This document shows positions 1-9,610 of a stretch of DNA of 64,000 bases, piece by piece. Both the position numbers and the translations under genes were made by a program. Origin of the DNA: Nitrospirota bacterium (GTDB lineage: Bacteria > Nitrospirota > Nitrospiria > 2-01-FULL-66-17); NCBI GenBank assembly GCA_049325335.1, contig JBMOMC010000043.1:66202-130201 (forward strand), read 5' to 3'. Each line of letters begins with the position of its first letter. The stretch's first letter is position 1. The notes under the pieces are model-generated. The model did not search any database and was not told the DNA's origin. It saw only the letters and a list, made by a program, of their open reading frames with translations.

Positions 1-1
1 G

Positions 2-703
2 GCGCGCCTCGGTTGGCGCAACGAAGCGCGCGAGGAGTTACTCCTCGCTACGCGGCGGACGCCGCCCGCGTCCGATCGCGCCCTGAAAGTGGCAGATGCT
101 CTGGCGGTCTTGGGCGCGGACGACGAAGCCCTGCGAATCGTGCGCCGCCACTTTGCCCCGGGGTTGGAACGCGGGGACGTCGCGCTGGCGCCGACCGTGT
201 GGCGGCGGGCGTATCCGAACCATCTGCTTACCGCGATTCGCAGCCGCGCCGAGGACCGAGTGGACCCGTTCTTGGTCGCGGGACTGATCCGCGAAGAAAG
301 CGTGTATGACGCGCGCGCGCTGTCACCCGTGGGCGCCATCGGCCTGATGCAGCTCATGCCGGAGACCGGGCGGCGGGTGGCCCGTCAGGTCGGCCTTGCT
401 GATTTTGCGGTCGAACACCTCTACACGCCGGAGGTGAACCTCACCTTGGGCGTGCGGTATCTCGCGGACCTGCTGGACCGGTTTTCGGGCAACGAGGCCT
501 ATGCCGTGGCCGCGTACAATGCGGGTCCAGAAGCCGTGACCCGGTGGCTGGAAGCCGGACCGCCGCGCTCGATCGAAGAATTTATCGAGGAAATCCCGTT
601 TTCCGAGACTCGGGGCTACGTCAAACGCGTGTTGCGCAGCGCGTGGGTGTACCGCGGATTATACGGAGCGAGTCCGGAGCATCCGGTTCACGCGGCGCGG
701 TAA
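2..703 (+). CDS. Lytic transglycosylase (Slt domain), 5'-truncated by the window edge
   Basis: IREES catalytic motif, GAIGLMQLM, AAYNAG, ETRGYV; frame is open back to the window start. Confidence 0.9.
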   Translation, partial: ARLGWRNEAREELLLATRRTPPASDRALKVADALAVLGADDEALRIVRRHFAPGLERGDVALAPTVWRRAYPNHLLTAIRSRAEDRVDPFLVAGLIREESVYDARALSPVGAIGLMQLMPETGRRVARQVGLADFAVEHLYTPEVNLTLGVRYLADLLDRFSGNEAYAVAAYNAGPEAVTRWLEAGPPRSIEEFIEEIPFSETRGYVKRVLRSAWVYRGLYGASPEHPVHAAR

Positions 704-788
704 GCCCGATCAGGGCGTTCAGGAGGCGTGCCCCCCGGCGATTGACCCGTGACCGACCGCTTTCGTACAATCGGCCGCGGCTCCGGGT

Positions 789-1415
789 ATGGACCTCCAC
801 AGCCTTCAAGAATTGCAAACCGCTGTCGCCGAACAGCGCGCCGCCATCAACCTTGATCCGGTGACGGCCCGCCGATTGGTGGTGCAGGGCCGTCCGCCCG
901 TGACGACCTACATCGCGCGCGGACCGCGATGGCTTTTTCGGGCCCTCGGGGTGTTGTGCGCCGGGGCGCTGGCCGCGGGCGTGGCGTTGCTGATCAGCGG
1001 GCGCCCCATGTACGCGGCGCTGGTGTTTTTGGGCGCCGTCATCCTGCATTACCTGTGGGGAGAGCTGGCCTCGGAACTCGTGCGGATGATCGCGCTGCGA
1101 GACGCCGCGTTCTGCGGGCTGGCGATTCGCGAAGGCTGGATCACGTTGGTCGAGCCCCCGGTGGGGCCCGGCCGGGCGCTCAAACCGCTCGCACCCGGTG
1201 CGGCCGGCGTCGCCTCGTACGACGAAGAAATCACCCGCGCCAAGTCCCGATTGGCGGAACGGCCCGACGACGCCCAAACCCGGTTTGACCTCGGTGTGAC
1301 CTATCTGTTGACGGGGCAATTCGACTTGGCGTTGGAGGAATCGCGCATGTTGAACATGGTTGATGCGCGGCTCGCCGCCAAGCTCCAAGCCCTTACCAAA
1401 CTGCTCGCGAACTGA
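789..1415 (+). CDS. Hypothetical membrane protein with C-terminal TPR-like helices
   Basis: Two hydrophobic segments; PDDAQTRFDLGVTYL TPR-like motif. Confidence 0.65.
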   Translation: MDLHSLQELQTAVAEQRAAINLDPVTARRLVVQGRPPVTTYIARGPRWLFRALGVLCAGALAAGVALLISGRPMYAALVFLGAVILHYLWGELASELVRMIALRDAAFCGLAIREGWITLVEPPVGPGRALKPLAPGAAGVASYDEEITRAKSRLAERPDDAQTRFDLGVTYLLTGQFDLALEESRMLNMVDARLAAKLQALTKLLAN

Positions 1416-1424
1416 TCGACCGGA

Positions 1425-2228
1425 TCAGAAAACGGTCTCGAGGCTTTTGACCGAGGATTTCACCACATAGACCGTGTGGGCGTGGCGCTCATCCACGCGG
1501 AGCGTGATAAAAAACCCCACGGTCTCGGGCGCAAAGTCCCGCAGCGTGCCCTGAATCGTTTCACCGTCTCGGAACTCGACCGTGACCTGGCGGTCCAACG
1601 GGTCGGAATTCCCCCCGGCGATTTCCGGCCGTGCGTCGGACTCCACAAAGAAGACGGATTTAACCTGCTCTAAATCCACCGCGATCGGCTCGGGGGATTC
1701 GTCCGTCGCGGCATGTCGGCGGTCCTGTTTGCGTTCATCCCAGCGCGGCGCATGGCCCGGCGCAGGCGTGTGTCGTCGGGAGCCGCGCCGTCGGCCGGCG
1801 CCGGACCCCGACGCGCCGTTGAGACGGTGCAGCGCCGCGTCCACGCGGTGCCGTGTTGCAGCGGTGAGCCGAAGAAACTCCACGCCCATTCCCACCCCGG
1901 GGTCGGAGAACACCACCCGAGCCGCGGTGTCGATCGGGTCCGCGTCGAGCCGGAGCGACATGGTGATGACCGTTCCCGTGGCGTACGGCGCCAGGGTTTC
2001 GACGAACGCGCCGCGGGCGTTCACGTCCGTGACGCGTCCGACGGTCACCTGGTCGATTTTGACGTCGGCCACGAACCACAAACGAGGATCGCTTCGGCGC
2101 TCGCCATAAACCCCGCGTCGACAGTATTGTAGCGACTCGTGCGTCAGCAATGACGACGTGAGCAGGCCGCGGTCGAGTCGGCCGTCCTTAAAATGGATCA
2201 CAATAGGCTGAGCCGCAGGGTCCGACAT
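1425..2228 (-). CDS. PilZ-domain protein (PilZ inserted in a DUF6982-like scaffold)
   Basis: ERRSDPR (RxxxR), DVNARG, GMGVEF; repeated F[KR]DG motifs at both ends; start taken at the ATG at 2228. Confidence 0.7.
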   Translation of the reverse strand: MSDPAAQPIVIHFKDGRLDRGLLTSSLLTHESLQYCRRGVYGERRSDPRLWFVADVKIDQVTVGRVTDVNARGAFVETLAPYATGTVITMSLRLDADPIDTAARVVFSDPGVGMGVEFLRLTAATRHRVDAALHRLNGASGSGAGRRRGSRRHTPAPGHAPRWDERKQDRRHAATDESPEPIAVDLEQVKSVFFVESDARPEIAGGNSDPLDRQVTVEFRDGETIQGTLRDFAPETVGFFITLRVDERHAHTVYVVKSSVKSLETVF

Positions 2229-2369
2229 ACGATGGTTACAGCCGTGTCCCGGACATGGCGGACAGTATAGCAACTGCGCGGCGGCCGACAAGTGCGGGTG
2301 CTGCCGTCAGGCGAGGCGGTACGAGCGGCCAGGAGCTGATGGTGACGGCGCAAGCGGGGCGAAAATGGT

Positions 2370-2445
2370 TGGTGGTCCCAACGGGGTTCGAACCCGTGTC
2401 TCCGGCGTGAGAGGCCAGCGTCCTAGGCCACTAGACGATGGGACC
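2370..2445 (-). tRNA. tRNA-Glu (CTC)
   Basis: Reverse complement reads GGTCCCATCGTCTAGTGGCCTAGGACGCTGGCCTCTCACGCCGGAGACACGGGTTCGAACCCCGTTGGGACCACCA; cloverleaf with encoded CCA. Confidence 0.97.
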
Positions 2446-2598
2446 CAACCGCGCTTTCGAAGGGCAACGCAGCGCCTGTTTTGCTTCGCCACCTGTACGG
2501 GAGGAGCCTGGTTGCAGGCTGCGCCAGGCGGCGCAGTGCAGGTCCCCGGCGCGAGGCCGCTAAAAGCCCGCGATTTTTAATACACCAGCGGGGGAAAG

Positions 2599-4179
2599 TC
2601 AAGCAATCGGCTGGTCGGTGGGCGGTCTGACGCCGGAGCGCGCTGCGGCGGTGGCCGCGACCGCGAGGCCCACCACGAGGCCGAAGAGGACGATGCCCGC
2701 GAGTTGCGCCCACGCGCCCCACGTGTGGGGCGCGGCAAGGTCCGCGAGGCGCGAGAGCAGATCGAACGAGGCGTGGGGGTCGTTGTGCACGGCTTTCATG
2801 CCGGCCAAGGCCGCGATGGTGAGTGCGGCGCACGCCCACGCGCCGATTGCGCCCAGAAGTCCGCGCGCCATCAGCCCCGGCAGGGAGACGGCGGGTCCGG
2901 ACGGCGCGGCGTCGGATTCAAGTCGGGGCTCCCGTGCGCCTACCGGGCAAAAGCGCTGGAGCATCACCATCCCCGGGAGGCCCACCGCCATCGTGACCAC
3001 AAAAAAGTCGCGCCAGCCGATCGCGTCCACCAGCACGCCGGTGACCGGGCCCGACAACAATCGCGGCAACGCAAAGAGACTGGAGAACAAGGCGTATTGC
3101 GTGGCGGAGAAACGCTTCTGCGTCATCCGTAGCAGCAACACCCCGAACGCGCCGGTGCCCATACCGGTGGTGAGGCTCTCGAACCCCATGGCCGCGTACA
3201 TGACGGGTCGGTTCAGCCCGACGACCGCCACGGCCACGTATCCCATATTGGAGAGGATTTGCAGCGCGCCGAACAACCAGAGCGCGTGCCCGAGTCCCAG
3301 CCCGGTGGTCAGCGCACCGCCCACGAACGTGCCGGCCAGCGTGGCGAAGAGGCCGATCGTGGCGGTGGCGACGCCGACATCGACGTTGTTGAAGCCCACC
3401 TGCACCAAAAACGGCCGCACCAACGCGCCCGCGAGATTGTCCGCGAGTTTGTACAGCACGACGAACGCCAGCATTTCCCACGCGCGCGGCACGGCCAGAA
3501 AACCGACAAAGGGCTCCCACACCGCCTCGCGCAAGGTGCGCGGCGCCGCGACGTCCCCGGGGTCGGGCGTCGGCGCGCTCGCGGTCGCGACCAGCATCGG
3601 GACGTAGGTGATCGCCAGCGCGACGAACACACCGGGCCACGACCACGTTCCGGCGAGGGTGATCGCCAAGCCTCCCGCGGTAAACATGGCCGCGCGGTAG
3701 AGCGCGGTGCGCGCGCCAACGGCCACCCCCTGTTCCTCGGGGCGTAATACCTCCACGGCGTACGCGTCCACCGCGATGTCTTGGCTGGCCGAGGCGAACG
3801 CGATGGCCAACGCTACGCTGGCGATGACCCAGACCGAGTCCGGATGCACGGCCAGTCGGGCGAGCCACAACGTGAGTCCCAGCAACGCGACCTGCGTGGC
3901 CAGCGCCCACCCCAGTTTGCCGCGCAGACGCGGGACGGGTAGGGCGTACCGGTCCATCAACGGCGACCAGACGAATTTAAAGGTCCACGGCGCCTGAGCG
4001 AGGGTGAACAATCCGATGACTTTGATATCCACGCCTTCTTGCGCAAGCCACGTCGGGATCGCGATCCATACGAGACCGAGGGGGAGGCCGGAAGAGAACG
4101 ACAGCAGGGTCACCGCGGCGGTGCGGCGCGCGCGTAGCGCGTGCCACACCGCTCGCCAGCCGGCGGGACGAGTGGTCAC
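2599..4179 (-). CDS. ampG: AmpG-family muropeptide MFS transporter
   Basis: FSSGLP, KFVWSPLMD, SASQDIAVDAY, SATQYALFSSL. Confidence 0.88.
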   Translation of the reverse strand: MTTRPAGWRAVWHALRARRTAAVTLLSFSSGLPLGLVWIAIPTWLAQEGVDIKVIGLFTLAQAPWTFKFVWSPLMDRYALPVPRLRGKLGWALATQVALLGLTLWLARLAVHPDSVWVIASVALAIAFASASQDIAVDAYAVEVLRPEEQGVAVGARTALYRAAMFTAGGLAITLAGTWSWPGVFVALAITYVPMLVATASAPTPDPGDVAAPRTLREAVWEPFVGFLAVPRAWEMLAFVVLYKLADNLAGALVRPFLVQVGFNNVDVGVATATIGLFATLAGTFVGGALTTGLGLGHALWLFGALQILSNMGYVAVAVVGLNRPVMYAAMGFESLTTGMGTGAFGVLLLRMTQKRFSATQYALFSSLFALPRLLSGPVTGVLVDAIGWRDFFVVTMAVGLPGMVMLQRFCPVGAREPRLESDAAPSGPAVSLPGLMARGLLGAIGAWACAALTIAALAGMKAVHNDPHASFDLLSRLADLAAPHTWGAWAQLAGIVLFGLVVGLAVAATAAARSGVRPPTDQPIA

Positions 4180-4318
4180 GAACGGGAAGGCGGTCTGATC
4201 ACGGTCACGGGATGCAGCCCACGTTTATTGCGGAGACGGCGAATGGGGAGGAGTATAGGGACGCGGGTCGGGCAAGGCAAGCCGCGCGTCGCGGAGCGCG
4301 ACCGGGCTCGCGGACGCG

Positions 4319-6274
4319 TTAATCGTTGGCGGCTCGGCGGATGCGCCGACCTTGGACCGATGGCACCTCGATGGGCGAGCGATGGTCGTCCTTGCGACGA
4401 CAGCGGGGACAGAAGTTCCAGCCCTCGCGAAGGGTTTTGCCGCACTGCGGACACCGATTGTCCACGGCCGTGCCGCACGCGGGGCAGACCACGAAATCAG
4501 CGTGCAGCACCCCCTGGCACTGTCCGCAAAGCGTTTCGTAGGTGCCTTCGACATCCACGACCCGCAGCAATTCTTCAACGCTGGTGTCGCCCCGCGCCAC
4601 GCGGGAGAGTCCGTCCTGAAACAACGTGATCATGCCGGCCGCCAGCGCTTCGTGTTGGATCTCGTGGTCCGGCGCGCTCGACGTCACCAAGTCACGGAGT
4701 CGGCTGGTCATCACCAAGAGCTCGTGCACGCCGACTCTCCCGGTGTACCCGGTCTGGTGGCAGGCCGAACACCCCACCGGTCGATAGACGGTCATGACCG
4801 CGTCCGATTGCGGCGGAACACGCAGGGCCATACGTTCCTGCTCAGTGGCTGAGTCCTCGCGGCGGCAGGTCGCGCACAACCGGCGGACCAGCCGTTGGGC
4901 GATCACGCCCACCACCTGCGAGGCGACCAAGAACCGTGGCACGCCGAGGTCCACCAGACGCGCGAGCGCGGAGGGCGCGTCGTTGGTGTGCAGCGAGGAG
5001 AGCACCAGGTGTCCGGTCATGGCGGCCCGCACCGCGATCTGCGCGGTTTCCGTGTCGCGGATTTCGCCGATCAAAATCACATCGGGGTCCTGCCGCAACA
5101 AGGCGCGCAAACACATCGCGAACGTCAGTCCGATGTCCGCGTTGACCTGCATGTGGTTCGCGCCGTCGATTTGGTACTCCACCGGGTCTTCCACGGTGGC
5201 CACGTTGACCGTGGGAGTGGCCAACCGTCGGATCATCCGAAACAGCGTGGTGGTTTTCCCGCTGCCCGTGGGGCCGGTGGCTAAGATTAACCCCTTGTGG
5301 TGCCGCAGCAGCGACTCCATGACAGCGTCGTGGCGCGGCGACATGCCGAAGGCCTCGGCCGCGGATGACTCCGTCGACCGTCCCAGCATCCGGATGACGG
5401 TTTTTTCGCCCAACTGCATGGGCACCACCGATACGCGAAGATCCAACTCCTGCTGATCGACCAAGATGCGGACCGCCCCGTCCTGCGGCAGCCGCCGCTC
5501 CGCGATGTCGAGTTTGGCCAGCACTTTGATCCGCGACACCAGCGGGCCGTGCACCCATTTGGGCAGCCGCATGTCTTCGCGCAGCAGGCCGTCCACCCGG
5601 TACCGGACCCGTACCGCGCGTTTTTCGGGCTCAATGTGGATATCGCTCGCGCGCAGCTTCACGGCTTTGGTCAAGATCAAATTCGCCAAACGAATGATGG
5701 GAGCGAGGCGGCTGCGCTCGGCGAGCGCGTGCATTTCATCCGGGGTGATGGACAGGTCGGGCACGACCTCCACGTTCACCTCGTTCAGGGACGAGGACCC
5801 CTCTTCAACCAGCGCCTCCACGGCCGCGTCGTGACGGTCGGCGTCGGTGGCGGTGTATCGGGCCTCGATGGCTTCCAGCAAGGCGCGCCGCGCGGCCAAC
5901 ACGGGCTGGATCGTCAGGCCGGAGCAAAACTTCAGATCCTTGATGGCGTCGTAGTCCAGCGGATCCGCCATGGCCACGATCAGGCGTTTGCCGTCCAAGC
6001 GGATCGGCAGACAGGTGTATTTGCGCGCCACCGCCGCGGGAATCAACGCCAAGACGTCCGCGTCCGGCGCGGCGTGCGCGGGATCAACCTGCGGCAAGCC
6101 GAGCTGCGAGGTCAGGATCGCGAAGAGCTCGCCTTCCGTGATAAACCCCAGTTCAATCAAGGTTTCGCCCACGCGGCCCTTGGTCTCGCGTTGTTTCTCG
6201 AGCGCGGTTTGCAGTTGTTCGGGCGTGAGTTTGCCCTGATCGATCAGCAGATCTCCCAACCGTTTCTTCGTGAT
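4319..6274 (-). CDS. PilB/GspE-family secretion ATPase with N-terminal MshEN motifs and C-terminal double zinc ribbon (start uncertain)
   Basis: RLGDLL..G..L..AL..Q tandem motif, ASDIHIEP, GPTGSGKTTT, LRQDPDVILIGEIRD, four terminal CxxC. Confidence 0.9.
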   Translation of the reverse strand: MTKKRLGDLLIDQGKLTPEQLQTALEKQRETKGRVGETLIELGFITEGELFAILTSQLGLPQVDPAHAAPDADVLALIPAAVARKYTCLPIRLDGKRLIVAMADPLDYDAIKDLKFCSGLTIQPVLAARRALLEAIEARYTATDADRHDAAVEALVEEGSSSLNEVNVEVVPDLSITPDEMHALAERSRLAPIIRLANLILTKAVKLRASDIHIEPEKRAVRVRYRVDGLLREDMRLPKWVHGPLVSRIKVLAKLDIAERRLPQDGAVRILVDQQELDLRVSVVPMQLGEKTVIRMLGRSTESSAAEAFGMSPRHDAVMESLLRHHKGLILATGPTGSGKTTTLFRMIRRLATPTVNVATVEDPVEYQIDGANHMQVNADIGLTFAMCLRALLRQDPDVILIGEIRDTETAQIAVRAAMTGHLVLSSLHTNDAPSALARLVDLGVPRFLVASQVVGVIAQRLVRRLCATCRREDSATEQERMALRVPPQSDAVMTVYRPVGCSACHQTGYTGRVGVHELLVMTSRLRDLVTSSAPDHEIQHEALAAGMITLFQDGLSRVARGDTSVEELLRVVDVEGTYETLCGQCQGVLHADFVVCPACGTAVDNRCPQCGKTLREGWNFCPRCRRKDDHRSPIEVPSVQGRRIRRAAND

Positions 6275-6384
6275 GGCGGACTCCTTTCGATGTCGTGTCG
6301 CGGGGCTAAAGGTAAAAGCGCGCCGCGCAATCGTCAAGGCGGACGGCGGGGTGCATTCGTCGCGGTTCGCCCCGAGTATTTTGG

Positions 6385-7125
6385 CTACGGCAGGTTGGTA
6401 AAAAATCCGTCCGCGCCGAGGCGGGTGAGGCGGTGTTTGTCCGCGGTGCGATCCACGGTATAGGGCAGGACCGCGTATCCGGCGTCATGGAGACGGCCAA
6501 CCAGGTCTTTGGTCACCACCCGCGCCGGCGGGTGGATCGAGACCGCGTCAAGTCGCGCGGCCCGGGCCAACGCGGTGTCGATGGACCACGGATGCACCAG
6601 GATGCCGATGGCGATCGCCGCGTCGAGCCGACGCAGCCGCTCCAGGTATCGCACGTGAAACGACGAGACCACCACGCGGTCGCGCCACCCCGAACGGATG
6701 ACCAGGGCCAGGACTCGAGCCTCCAGGCCGGGGTGCAGCCGGCGCAGCCCGGCTTTGAGTTCGATGTTGAGGATCGCGCGGCCCTTGAGCGCGCGCAACA
6801 CCCGCGCGAGCGTGGGAATCCTCGCGTGGCGATACGCGGGTGCGAACCACGAGCCCACGTCCAGTGCGGCGGCCTCGCGCTGCGTGAGCCGCTCCACCGC
6901 CTTTCGGACGCCGGCGGTGCGTTGGAGCGACGCGTCGTGCACCACGACCGGGCGACGATCGCGCGTCTGGTGCACGTCGAACTCGATCACGCGCGCTCCG
7001 CGGGCCAGCGCGAGTTCAAACGCCTCGATCGTGTTCTCCGGGGCGAGGCCTGAGGCCCCCCGGTGGGCGATAACGACCGGCGCGCGGCGCGGCCACGGTG
7101 AACGCCGTGTTGACTTGTTTCGCAT
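6385..7125 (-). CDS. Glycerophosphodiester phosphodiesterase
   Basis: IAHRGASGLAPENT, EFDVH, HD, NIELK. Confidence 0.92.
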   Translation of the reverse strand: MRNKSTRRSPWPRRAPVVIAHRGASGLAPENTIEAFELALARGARVIEFDVHQTRDRRPVVVHDASLQRTAGVRKAVERLTQREAAALDVGSWFAPAYRHARIPTLARVLRALKGRAILNIELKAGLRRLHPGLEARVLALVIRSGWRDRVVVSSFHVRYLERLRRLDAAIAIGILVHPWSIDTALARAARLDAVSIHPPARVVTKDLVGRLHDAGYAVLPYTVDRTADKHRLTRLGADGFFTNLP

Positions 7126-7164
7126 GTTTTACGTAGAGTCGCGACTGTTCCGCGAGGACGCCCC

Positions 7165-7473
7165 GTGACTCAACCCGATCCGCCCAACCCGCCGGTCCAA
7201 ATCCAAGTCGAAATCGACGACGCCACCGCGCAGGGGACGTATACCAATTTGGCGTTGGTCGCGCATACGGAAACCGAGTTCGTATTCGATTTTTTGTTCG
7301 TCCAACCGCAGCAGCCCAAGGCCAAGGTTCGCGCGCGCATCATCTCCAGCCCGACCCATACCAAGCGGTTCTTTCTCGCGCTCCGAGAAAACCTGACGCG
7401 GTACGAGGTCCGGTTCGGCGAAATCAAAGTGCCGGAAGACGGCCCCGGCCCGCGCGGCACCCCGCACGAATGA
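7165..7473 (+). CDS. DUF3467-family protein
   Basis: AQGTYTNLALVAHTETEFVFDF, RIISSP.H.KRF. Confidence 0.85.
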   Translation: MTQPDPPNPPVQIQVEIDDATAQGTYTNLALVAHTETEFVFDFLFVQPQQPKAKVRARIISSPTHTKRFFLALRENLTRYEVRFGEIKVPEDGPGPRGTPHE

Positions 7474-8594
7474 TCCCGCGGCGCGGAGGCCCCGTGCTCG
7501 CGCAGGGTCTGCTCGCCGTGTGTCTGCTTGCTCCGCCGGCCGTCTCGGCCGATCCCCTTCCGGTTCCCATCGCCTTGCGCGGGTCGTTGTCGCCCGACGG
7601 CTCCGAGGCCTCCGTGCATCTGACCGTGACCAACCGCGCCGACCGCGCGAGCGGACCGGGTACGTTGGAAGTGTACCTGTCCGCGGACGGTCTGGTCGAC
7701 CCCGATGACGCGCCATTGGGCCGGCGCCCGGTGGCGCCGCTCGGCCCCGGCGCCCGGATCGACGTGGAACTGACCCCGGTGATGCCGCGCGTGCCCCCGG
7801 GCCGCTACTACGTGGTCGCGCGCGTCGTCGGGGAGCGCGACCACGCCGTGGGACGCCCGTCCGATGCCTTGTGGGGCGCGCCGTTGGCCGTCGGCCCGGA
7901 TCTGGCCCTCGAAGACCTTCACGCCGTGATCCAACCCGGCGGCGTCACGCTCGTCGGCCGCGTGGTCAACCGGGGCACGCAACCCGCCGCGTCCGCGATG
8001 ATCGGCGTGTGGTGGACGAGCCGGGACGGGGAGTCCGCGCCTCGCGCCGGAACCACGGAGGTCAAGACGGATCTCGGCCCCGGCGCCGCCGCGCCGTTTG
8101 AAATGACCGTGCGCGCCGGGGAGTTGCCGCCCGGCCAATACGGGGTCCTCGCCGAGGTGGACCCCGATCGCGTGATCGCGGAGTCCGACGATGAGAACAA
8201 CCGACTCCGCGTGGACGCCGGATACGTCACGGGTCCCGATTTGGTGATCGCCGAGTTGTCGGCCCGGCAAGACGGCCAAACGATCGTGGTGCATGACGCG
8301 GTGACCAACCGCGGGAACAGGCCGTCCGCCGTCTGCGGCATCGTGTTCGTCTTGTCCCGCAACGGGATCTGGGACCCGGGCGACGTCTCGATCGGGTACC
8401 GCGTGGTGCCCGCGCTCGATCCGGACGCGGGGTCTGCAATGGACACCCGGTTGGCCCTTCCCGAACGCGGACTCGCCACGGGCCGATATTTTTTGCTCGG
8501 AAAGGTTGACGGAGCGAATCACGTGGCTGAAAGCCGCGAGGCCAACAATCTCACGCTGGCGCCCGCTCCGGTGGACGTGCGCGTTCGCCGGTAG
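7470..8594 (+). CDS. Secreted CARDB-repeat protein
   Basis: Signal peptide; repeated PDL...V.N.G and ESDDENN / ESREANN motifs. Confidence 0.8.
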   Translation: MIPRRGGPVLAQGLLAVCLLAPPAVSADPLPVPIALRGSLSPDGSEASVHLTVTNRADRASGPGTLEVYLSADGLVDPDDAPLGRRPVAPLGPGARIDVELTPVMPRVPPGRYYVVARVVGERDHAVGRPSDALWGAPLAVGPDLALEDLHAVIQPGGVTLVGRVVNRGTQPAASAMIGVWWTSRDGESAPRAGTTEVKTDLGPGAAAPFEMTVRAGELPPGQYGVLAEVDPDRVIAESDDENNRLRVDAGYVTGPDLVIAELSARQDGQTIVVHDAVTNRGNRPSAVCGIVFVLSRNGIWDPGDVSIGYRVVPALDPDAGSAMDTRLALPERGLATGRYFLLGKVDGANHVAESREANNLTLAPAPVDVRVRR

Positions 8595-8608
8595 GAGCCC
8601 GCCCCTAC
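8591..8608. repeat. Degenerate GTAG-type REP-like palindrome
   Basis: GTAGGAGCCCGCCCCTAC between convergent genes. Confidence 0.4.
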
Positions 8609-8638
8609 ACGGCGCGGCGCGTATCCCGGTGTCGGTCG

Positions 8639-9610
8639 TCACGACCCGCGTTGGAACACCCGGGTGACGTGGTCGAAAATCTTGTGACGGGCATAGGCGG
8701 TAAACACCCCCGCCGTGTAGTGGCCGGCCGGGAGCCACACCAACTCCGGGCGGCCGAGGCCTCGCCACAAGGCTTCGGCGTAAGGCCGTCGAATCACGCG
8801 GTCAAAGCGGGCGTTGATCATGAGGATGGTTCGGGGCGCGATCAGCGGCGCGTAGGTCAAGGGGTCCACGTCTTCCAAGGCGGCGCTCGTCGTTTCATAG
8901 AACTCGGTGCTCGATAGGCCCTGATCCGCCATCACGCCCTCGCGGATGCGCGCGAGCGAGCGCTCGCCCGACGTGCGCATGATGCCGGCCAGGTCGCCTC
9001 CGGCCAGCACCAGGGCGGCGGCCTTGACCCTGGGGTCCACGGCCGCGACCAAGCTCCCGACGATGGCGCCGTGTGAAAACCCCACCAACGCCACGCGGTC
9101 GCCGTCGATCTCGGGTCGCCGGAGCGCCCATTCCAACACGCGTCGCGTGTCGATCACGCGCGCGCGGAGCAGATCGCGAAACATCGGGAGACTGGCGGGA
9201 TCGCCGTAGAGTCGCCCCACGTCTCCTTGGCTGCGAAAGCGCACGCAGGCGAACCCGCGTTCCGCGAAGTACACCGCGAATTCGGTGGTAAAAAAGTCCC
9301 CCCGCGTAATCGGGAGGATCAGCACCAATGGAAACCGGCGACCTTCCTTAGGCAGGTACAGAAACGCCTCAACCGGCGGCAGACCCGGGGCGTGCAGCAC
9401 CGAGTCGAACGTGAACCGCTGCACCGCATAGGTACCGCGGCGTTTGGCCGGGTCGAGGCGCGGCTGCAATGGATCGCCGGGCACCGCGAACAAGGCGGTG
9501 TGTCGGTCCGGGACCGCGGTCGCCTGGCGATGCCACGGCGCGGCGCGCGCGCAGCCGGCCGCCACCATCAGCACGACGAAGCACGCGATGACGTTCGACC
9601 GGGCCGTCAC
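8639..9610 (-). CDS. Alpha/beta hydrolase lipoprotein
   Basis: GFSHG nucleophile elbow, C-terminal GH, AAGC lipobox. Confidence 0.8.
   Translation of the reverse strand: MTARSNVIACFVVLMVAAGCARAAPWHRQATAVPDRHTALFAVPGDPLQPRLDPAKRRGTYAVQRFTFDSVLHAPGLPPVEAFLYLPKEGRRFPLVLILPITRGDFFTTEFAVYFAERGFACVRFRSQGDVGRLYGDPASLPMFRDLLRARVIDTRRVLEWALRRPEIDGDRVALVGFSHGAIVGSLVAAVDPRVKAAALVLAGGDLAGIMRTSGERSLARIREGVMADQGLSSTEFYETTSAALEDVDPLTYAPLIAPRTILMINARFDRVIRRPYAEALWRGLGRPELVWLPAGHYTAGVFTAYARHKIFDHVTRVFQRGS

Noticed and set aside
2290..2445. tRNA-Glu as an island integration site
   Set aside because: No integrase and no duplicated tRNA 3' end seen in the window
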